64,000 bases of DNA from Piromyces finnis finn (Eukaryota > Fungi > Neocallimastigomycota). This document shows, one piece after another, positions 50,304-64,000 of the stretch. The translations under genes were made by a program, and so were the position numbers. The notes below the pieces were generated by a model, which saw only the letters and a list, made by a program, of their open reading frames with translations, was not told the DNA's origin and searched no databases. Where the stretch lies: contig MCFH01000024.1 of the NCBI GenBank assembly GCA_002104945.1, forward strand, positions 310,001 to 374,000. The letters run 5' to 3'. Within the stretch, counting starts at the first letter, position 1, and the number at the start of each line of letters is the position of its first letter.

Positions 50304-51911
50304 CTTCGTTTATCCTATTTACATTATTCTTAACCTTTTTTTTTTTTTTTTGATGCTTTTTTTAACTTTATGAACTTTGACACTTGATGAGTTGGTAATA
50401 TAATATATTATTTATATATATTACAATATACTTTATAATATATTGAATTAAAGTTATTAAAGTTTAAAAAGGAAACATTTTTTTAAAATATAAACTAGAA
50501 ATGAAACTTTTTTAATAGTAAATTATGTAAAGTATGGTCAAGGATTAACAAGAGATCCTTTTCTTTTTTTTATATTGATTACATATCATCTAGTAAAAAT
50601 TCACTTTTTCTTATAATGGTGGTGGTGCTATTTTCTTTTACTTAAAAACTTTTCTTTTTTTTAATCTTTATTTAATTAATGATAATGAATATATAAATAG
50701 TATAATGAAGTATATTATTAAAATAGGATATATTATATGATAAAATATATTATTTAATTATTATAATTAATATTACTATAATTATATTTATTTTTTTCAG
50801 TAAAATTTTATATATTAAAGTTTGTCTATGATAAAAATACATAAATATATACAATTGCCACATATCACATGTTGCCAATGGAGTTGTTTAGCATTTTAAA
50901 TTTAGAAAGTCTTTGTTTTATAATTTTAAAAAAGTATATTACATCATCCGTTTATTGATACCTTTAACTTTCCCTAAAGGATCAAGTAAACCTGTTTGCA
51001 TTTCATCATTTCAAGAATGGAGTAGCTCGTCTCTTATCAAACCTCACTTTTGTATTAATGCTTCACCTCAAGGATTGTATACAAATGAAAATTAATGTAA
51101 TAAAGATGATAGTAAATTTAATATATGAATCAATTAAATTTTCTAATTAATAGAATAATTTAATAATAAATTTTAATTTAATTATGTTAATATATTATAA
51201 ATAAATTATAAATGTATTATAATTATTCTTTATATCATCCATAATTTCATTTATTATTATCATCCATGGATGAAGGCTTCATTGGCTAATTCTTTTTTTA
51301 TTCTTTTTTTTTTTTATATTGTTAATATATAGAATTAGTATTAAAGTAAAATTCAATTAAAAATAATTTAAAAAAAATTTCTAATTTTATGAGGCATTAA
51401 AAAAAAAAATTGAAAAAATTGGAAAATTTTTTTTCTTTATTTATTTTATAATTATTAATAAAATTTTGGGTGTAGAAAGTTTGAAAATCGATTTTTTTTT
51501 TTTTTGTCTAATTGGAAATCTTATTATAACACTAGCAGTAATAACAGTAAACAAAAGCATCAAAGGTAATGTATTATTGAAAGGAAGAAGGAGAACAATA
51601 AATAAATAGAATTTTTTTTTATTATTAAATAACCTTCTAATTATGTAGTAGAAAAAAAAAAAAAAAGTTTGTGACATTTCAAAAAAAAAAAAAAAAAAAA
51701 TTCATTAGTAATAATACTATTATGTTATGGCTATTATTATAATAAAAGGTGAAAACTATTAAAAACTATAAAATTTCAAGACTAACACTTTTTCTTTTAT
51801 ATATATATATATATTTTTTGTTATTACACATAAATTTTTGTGCATTATTCTATTTTATGAAGCCAAAACCATTAATAATTTTTGGAAATTAAAATTTTAG
51901 TATAATAAAGA

Positions 51912-53245
51912 ATGGGTGGTAATTATTATTATATTAATGATACATTTATGTATATAATATATATAATATCTTTTAAAATAAGAATTTTATTATTAAAAAG
52001 TTTGGAATATTGAATTTTTTTTTTTTTTTTGCATTATTATTAAAAAATTAATAACTTAATAATATTAAAAATTTAGTCAATTTAAAGTGGATTAGTTTAT
52101 TTGTTTTGGTTATCCAAAACAGTTTATTAGTTTTTGTGATGCGTTACTCAAAAACTTTACCAGACAAATATCTTTCTTCAACAGCAGTTGTTTGTTCAGA
52201 ATTATTAAAGTTAATAACATCAATGATAATACATGTTTATTATAGAATAAAAGAAACAAAACCACCAGAAAAATACTCATTTAAAATGTTATTAAGTGAA
52301 CTCTTTGGAAAAGAATCAGATTGTATAAAAATTATGGTACCAGCTGTATTATATCTTATCCAAAATAATCTTCAATATTTCTCTGCTTCAAAATTAGATG
52401 CAGCCACTTTTCAAATCACATATCAAATGAAACTTATTATGACAGCATTCTTTTCTGTCCTAGTATTAAAACGTAAATTATTTAAGCATCAGTGGTTATC
52501 TATTGTTTTATTAGCAGCTGGTATTGCTTTAGTTCAATTCCCAACTGGTGATAACAAAACTTCTGTTGCTGCTGAAAATGGTAATGAAATGTTTGATAAA
52601 CTACTTGGTCTTCTTTCTGTTTTCATTGCTTGTTTATCCTCTGGATTTGCTGGTGTTTACTTTGAAAAGATTTTAAAGAATAGTAAGGTTACTCTCTGGG
52701 CTAGAAATGTTCAACTTTCACTCTTTTCTGTTATTCCAGGTTTCTTTATTGGTTGTTTATTACTTGATGGTAGCACTATCGCAGAAAGAGGATTCTTTGG
52801 TGGTTATACTCGTTGGACTGTTTTAACCATTTCTTGTCAAGCTTTTGGTGGTATTATTGTTGCCATTGTTGTAAAGTACGCTGATAATATCTTAAAGGGC
52901 TTCGCTAATTCCATTTCCATTATTTTATCTTGCGTTGTTTCATACTTCCTCTTTGATTTCCATGTCACTTTATTATTTAATATTGGTTGTTGTTTAGTTA
53001 TGTTCTCTACCTATCTTTACGGTAAGTGACAACTTTATACATAGTGAATTATTAAAATTTAATCAAGAATTTTAAAGGCGATTTATAAATATATTTTCTT
53101 TAAACCAAACGTTCAACATGATAAACTAATTTTTTTTTTTTACCTCAATATTCTAATAGGTAAACCAGGTAAAGAAAAGGTAGTGAAAACTATACATGAA
53201 GAAGCTCAATATTCAAGATTAGATAATTCAAACGAATTAGTTTAA
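51912..53245 (+). CDS. Nucleotide-sugar transporter, UDP-galactose/SLC35A (Gms1-like) family, 3 exons
   Basis: Exons 51912-51918, 52077-53021 and 53160-53245. Motifs LKWISL, STAVVCSELLK, VPAVLYLIQNNLQY, YQMKL, GFAGVYFEKILK, WARNVQL and VKYADNILKGFA. Confidence 0.95.
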
Positions 53246-55283
53246 ACAAATAATTCATATAAATATACCTATCATTATTATCATTACATTTATTTACATA
53301 TATAACTCACCATATTTATTTAATTTATTATGAAAAATTATTATGAAAAAAATTCAGAATATTTATTTTTTATTATCGTTAACAACAACAGCAAAAAAAA
53401 AAAAAATAATGAAGAACAAAATCATTAAAGACTAATCATTTATTATTACTTTATATATATTAATTTTTTTTATCTCTAAAAGTTAAATGAAAAAAAAAAA
53501 AAAATCATATATATCAAAAAAATATTTACTTTATGTATTATATAATTGTAATCTAATATTTATTAATATCTAGACATGATAAATTTTATAAACTTTTATT
53601 AGTAGTAAAAAAAAAGTTATTAAGTTATTAAATAAAAAAGAATCTTAATTTTATCTATAATAAATGTTATTTTTTATTTCTTGAATATATATAAAATATG
53701 ATAATAATTGGTGTAGTTAAGCTTTTAATAACAGATAAAGTTCTTAAATGAAAAAAAGTAATATTTACTCTATAATTTGTGTATATATATTTCAACAATT
53801 ATATTTATTGAAAATTATTATTATTATTACTATTGTTGTTATTGTTATTGCTGCTGTTATCAATTAACTTTTGTTTATTTCTTTATATTTTTTACTTTTT
53901 TATTTAAAAAAAAAAAATAAAAGTTACTTAATAATATTTAATACTACAAGAAAAAAGAATAAATTCATAAAATAGTTTAAATAATAAAGATGGCGGATGT
54001 AATTTGTTTATATTAAAAAAAAAAAATTTAATACTAATTTAAAAATGACTTTATTTTTAATTATTCGTTTATAAATGCCAATAAAAAATACATGCTTTTT
54101 ATATAAGCCATTTTTTTTTTTAAAATATTCTATTAAACGATAATACTAATTAATTAACTGTCCTCCTCCGAATCTTTAAAGTTTTTTTAAAAAAAAAAAA
54201 TTAATTAATAAATTTATTTATGTTATACCTACATAAAATATCACATGATTCACTCATCATATTTTAAAAAATTTAATTATTAAACTTTAAATAATATTAA
54301 TTTGATTTATGTTTTTTTATTTTTTTGTTTTGTTTATTATATTTTTTAATTTAAAAATTTTAATTAATAAGTAATTTTAAATTTAATTATTTTCAAAAAA
54401 AAAGTACTCTTTTTTTCTTTTCATTTATTATTTTTTCTTTTTTATATTTTTGTATATTTCTTTAAAACTTCTTTTTCTGTAGTTCAAATAACCATTCAAT
54501 ATTAAATAGATACATTAACTCTATATATAAAATCAAATATTAAAGATAATTTGAATTATTTTAAGCCAACTTTATTCCTTCATTTTAAAAAAAAAAAAAA
54601 AGAGAAAGACCATTCATCAGAATTTAACGAAATAATCATATTTTTTCATTATTAATAATATTAATTTAGAAATAATAGGAAAAAAATAAAAAGAAAAATA
54701 TATAATGTTTATAACCTATTCATAATTATGAAAAATAACATGTAATTTATAGAATAAAAAAAAAATAAAAAGTAAATAAAACAAGAAAAGTTCTTAAAAG
54801 AAAATAAATACAACTTAAATTATATTAATACTATGAAAAAAAATCCTTAAGGGACATAAACAAAAATATATAATATATAATTATAGAGTATTGTAACATT
54901 TCATAAAAATTAAAAAATAACTTTTCAATTGAAAAACTAAGCAATTAATAATAGTAAAAAAAAAAAACTATAAAAAGTAAATTTACATTTATTGATTAAC
55001 AGTAACAATAACAACCTGTAGAACTAAAAAAAAAAAATTAACATTTATTATTTGAAATCAAAAAGTAAGTAAATATATATATATATATATATATATATTT
55101 AAATTTTTAACTATTTATTATCATTATTCTTCTAGAAAATTTTGAATTTAATTAATAAATTAATTAATTATTTAATTAATTAAAATTTATTCCTATTATA
55201 TATATTGTATAATGTATTTTTTAAATATAATATAAAATACTTAATATTATATCTTAATATTGTAATAATAGAGTGGAACGATA

Positions 55284-58200
55284 ATGGATATAAATAATAG
55301 TAATCTTTTATCATCTTCTAATCATGAAACATTTTCATTAAATACCAATATAGATTCATCTTTAAAACCAGATTTTACCAAGAAAAATATCATGAATTAT
55401 TCAAATTCAAATTTATCTAAAAAAATTAATAATTTATCTAAAACAATGGGTCAACCCAACCTTAATGCTTTAAATTATTTTACACATCAACATTTTAATA
55501 AAGATTTAAATGCAACCATGATACCAAATGATAAATTATATTCTTCCAACTTGGAAATACCTACTACTACTACAGACCTAAATTTTACTGAAAATAATCA
55601 TAATGTCTATTCAACAACAGAAGACTCCTTTCATTTAGATACCAATGCCATGAATATTGCTTATATGGATCCTACTCATCCAATTTCTTCCTCAAATGTC
55701 ATTTCTTTTACAGCAACAGTTGATCCAATCCCAATCCCAATAAATTCTTCTTCTTTTCATACCAATGAAAATAGAAACGCAAATACTTATTCATTTAATA
55801 TTAATTCAATAGAAACACCTACCAATACCCTATCTATCGATAATATAAATAAAAATTTAAATTTGACAGAACATGAGCATTCATCTTCTTCTTTACCCTT
55901 TTTTTATTCATCCGATATGGAACTCAATAAAAATAATTCATTATCAAACACCACTGCCACCACAAATAATAATCTTTCATTAATAAATAATAATCTTATG
56001 AATTTAACATTGGAAAATTCAATAAAAACAACAGCTACTCTGTCAGATGTTTATAAACAATTTAAACAACAACAACAACAACAACAACAACAGGAACAAC
56101 AACAACAATCTTATTTACCATCAAAACCATCAACATTTATGGCAAATACTATTGCTAATCCGCTTTTATCACATGATCAAGCAGAAAAGATATCATTTTC
56201 TTCACATTTATCTACCGATCTTGATAAAGAAAAAGTGGAAACCATAATAAATTCAAACCCTACCAATCAACATTCTCAACAAGAAATTGGAAATTTAGCA
56301 ATGCCAGTAAAAATAAATATTGAAGAAACAGATTCATTGTTACACACTAATGATGCTATTGCCTTAAATATGGATATGGATATGGATATGGCGATGAATT
56401 TAGATTTAAAATTTAATGATTCGAATATAAATGAATTTTCTCAATTGGCTACATTATCCGCTCAAACATCATCCACAGAAATAAATAATAATTCAATTGA
56501 TTTAAATACTCTGTTGAGTAATCAAATTTCAAATTTACATATTAATTCATGTATCAATTTAAATCAGGAATCCTCCTCTTCTACTACTTCAAATCATAAT
56601 TTTACAGATGCCACCACAATTTTACCATCAACAATAACAACAACAAATAAGGCTTTATCCGATTTAAGTAAAAATAGTCAGTATACAACAGTTACTACCC
56701 CTTCTTCAACAACACCACCAACGCCTAATACAAATCCTGGGGTATATTATTCAAATGTAAATAATAATCCATTGATTCATAAATCCTCCAATTCAATGCT
56801 ATTAAGAAAAAATTTAGTAAAGACTTTGAAAAAACCCTCACCACAACAATTTTTAAATTATCCAAGGTAAATATATAATATATTACATAAATATAATATT
56901 GATATTTTCTTTCTATGAAATTTCTTATTATACCTATTAAACAAGAAAAAAATTATCCTTAATAATACAATATATTATATTGTGTTGTAACATTAAACTA
57001 AATTTACTATTTATAAATAAAATTTAAATATAAAGTAGTAAATATCCAATGTCTAGTTCTTTAAAATTAGTGAAAAAAGAACCAGGAACTAAAATTAATT
57101 TTATTAAGAAAAAAGTATCCATAAAATCTGGTAGTTCATCCTCTCTAGATACTAAATTATCAAATTTGAATTTAAATGATATAAATAATAAAAATTCCAG
57201 TATTCTTAATACACCAAGTAAGATAAAAAAAAAAAAAAAGAAATATATATATAGATTAAATTTATAATTATAAATATAAGCATTATTTTTTTTATCATTA
57301 CTAATAAATCAACCAATAAATTATATATATTGTATATATAATATTAATAGGTAGAATAAATAATAATTGTAGTACTATGGTGTCACCTTCTTTAATTCTC
57401 ACATCACCAGATCATATGAGTAAACCTTTAAGTAATTATGAATTATCTAATCAAATACAGCAGGCATCTGTATCAGCAGTTACTCAGAGCAATTCTTATA
57501 ATAATAATAATAATGATAATAATAATAATAATAATAACAACAACAACAGCAGCAACAACAACAACAACAACAACAACAATAATAATAATAATAATAATAA
57601 TAGTAATAATAGTAATAATAATCTATATATAAGATCTAATAATTTAACTATTCCTACAAGGAAAATTCGAAATTATGGTAATGATACTCAATCATTCAGT
57701 TCTTCTCTTACCGCTATTTCCACCACGAAAACCATTCAAAATCAACACATTATTAACAATTCATTAAATGATGATTTATTTACCTCTGGAAATACTAGTT
57801 CGTCCTATCCTTACAGTTATAATCCATCAACCATTTTTCATAATGGATACTTTTCATTAGCAAGCCAGTAAGTTAAATTTTTTTTTATTTTAAATAATCG
57901 AAACGCACCTCTTTTTTTTTATTAATATAGGATAAAATAAAACTAAATGATAGAATAACAAAATATATAATAAAAAAATAAAAATTAAATAGATTGGATA
58001 TCATAAATGAAAAAAGAAAGAAAAGAAAAGAATCTCATAACGCAACGGAAAGAAGAAGAAGAGATTTTATTAATGAAAAAATTTATGAATTATCAACTAT
58101 AATTCCGGAATCTTTTTTTGAACAATATATAGCAGAAAATAAAATGCATAAAGGGGTCATTCTTCAAAAAAGTGTTGAGTATATTAAACATCTTTTAACT

Positions 58201-58284
58201 ACTCTTAAATACCAACAAGATTATACATTAAAATTAGAAAAAGAAATACAAGAACATACTACGACCACGCCGCCATCTCAATAA
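55284..58284 (+). CDS. bHLH-leucine zipper transcription factor (MiT/TFE-USF/Rtg3-like), ~855 aa, 4 exons
   Basis: Exons 55284-56866, 57039-57217, 57351-57867 and 57993-58284 join in frame. The C-terminal KESHNATERRRRDFINEKIYELSTIIP...KGVILQKSVEYIKHL carries the H-E-R E-box residues. The N-terminus is N/S/T-rich with poly-Q and poly-N tracts. Confidence 0.9.
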
Positions 58285-58911
58285 CTACTTTAATTTTTTT
58301 TTTCAAATTAAAAATAATAAATAAATGAAAAATAAAAATAAAATAAAATAAAAAATAGTATTAAATAAATTATTCATCTTTAACTATTGTATCATTCCTT
58401 TCTTTTTAATTATCATCTTTATCCTATTTAATTATAATTTATCGAAAAAAAAAATTATAATATTCTTTTTTTTTTTTTTTTTATTTTACTATTATATTTT
58501 TTCTCGATGGATATTATTCAAATATATATATATATATATATATTATTTTTTTTTATCTTTATGTTTTTTTTTTAATTTCTTATTATTTATTTTACTTTAT
58601 TTTTTAAAAAAAATTGATAAAGACGTAGTTATATTTGCAACTATTTAAAAAAATATTTTATTTTTTTTTATTATTATTAAAAAAGAAAAAGAGATTATTT
58701 TATATGTTTTTTTTTTTTTTTTTTTTTTTTTACATAATACTAATGATAGTTATATACATTGAATATTAAATGTAACTATTTTTCTCTTTCTATATATATC
58801 TGTATATTACACGAATGAAAAAAAAATAATAGAATGAAAATAAAAGTAAATAAAAAATAATATTAAACTAGAATGAAGAGGAGGAGGGAAATTCTATATG
58901 ACAAAAAAAAA

Positions 58912-59075
58912 TAAAATAAAATAAAATAAAATAAAATAAAATAAATAAAATAAAATAAAATAAAATAAAATAAAATAAAATAAAATAAAATAAAATAAAA
59001 TAAAATAAAATAAAATAAAATAAAATAAAATAAAATAAAATAAAATAAAATAAAATAAAATAAAATAAAATAAAA
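58912..59075. repeat. (TAAAA)n pentanucleotide array, ~32 units, between two convergent genes
   Basis: Seen directly, with one taaaaa interruption. This explains the spurious FILFY ORF 58894..59103. Confidence 0.95.
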
Positions 59076-59212
59076 AAATAGAAATGTATTTTTTATTATA
59101 CATATATTATATATCTATAAAACTATAATTATTTTGGAATATGGTATAAAAATGGTTTATATAAATAATAAAATAAAATCTTTATATTTTATAATAAATA
59201 TATATATAAAAC

Positions 59213-63007
<3,795 letters not shown>

Positions 63008-64000
63008 TTTTCTTTTAAATAATTTTTTAATTTTTTCTCTTTATTATCTTTTTATTTTCTTAATCTCTTAATTTCTTTAAATATCAATGTAGAATAAATA
63101 TAATTGTATATATCTTTTTTTTTTTAACAGAAGAATGTCTGAGAATTTTTAATTTTTACTTTTTTGGTATTCCTTACTTTGTAATTAAATGATAAAGACT
63201 TTACATTATATTATTTTTTATTATTATTATTGTAAATGTTATTTATTACTTTATGTTTTGTTTTATAATTGTAATATTGAAAGAAAACTATAGTAAAGAG
63301 TAAAGTAAAAATAATAAATTTTATTAATTATTATTAGTTAATTATTACTTTTGAAAATATAAAATTTTATTTATTATATTTAGTATTTGAATATAAAAAT
63401 TTTATGATTATTAACTATTACTAAAAAAAAAAAAAAAAAAAAAAAAAACAGAATATAACTACCATGATATATATTTTATATATGCTTATATAAAGATTTT
63501 TTTTGTTTTTGATAAACTATAGAATAAAAAAAAAAGTTCACTAATAATATTAAAGAGTTAATTAAAAATGTAGTTTAATCATTATATATGACTTTCGGGA
63601 AATATTTTTAAAATAATTTATTATAAATTCTATTAATAGAAATAAAGTTCTTTTTATTTTTTTAAAAAAAAAAAACTCTATCATATATATATAATGAAGT
63701 TTTAAATATATATATATATTTAAATATTCATTTGCAAATTCAAATTTTGTAAGTCCTTTTCTATTTTTTAAAACTTTTTAATAACTTTTAAGTTTGTCGT
63801 GCTTAAATAAAAATTTATATATAAAAATATAAAAATATAAAGTTTTCTTTAATAGAAAAGTGGTTCTTCAAATTTCAAAAATATATATATTAAAATATTA
63901 AATATTTACCTGATAAATATCATAAAAACTTTTTCTTTTAAATATAATATTTATTTAAATTTTAAAAAATAATTATAAAATTGCTTTTACATTTAGTACT

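Overview
Extremely AT-rich eukaryotic genomic DNA with many short GT-AG introns, A/T homopolymers and AAT/TAAAA microsatellites. This pattern strongly suggests an anaerobic gut fungus (Neocallimastigomycota); the assignment is an inference. About 17 protein genes can be assembled by hand across introns. Recognisable genes: a WKF-domain protein, BORCS8, MEMO1, dynein light intermediate chain, ELP4, an RRM + FtsJ-like methyltransferase fusion, LARP1, a UDP-galactose transporter, a bHLH-Zip factor and a 7TM-RGS protein. There is also a giant acidic repeat protein with an expansin-like N-terminus, several orphans, and an intronless AAA ATPase frame broken by one in-frame TAA. The most notable non-coding signals are (i) a 555-bp SINE-like insertion with a perfect 13-bp target-site duplication, poly(A) tail, Pol III B-box and an intron-like internal segment, and (ii) a nearby GC-enriched, strongly base-paired island of unknown identity. 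All homology calls come from motif recognition; no database search was run.
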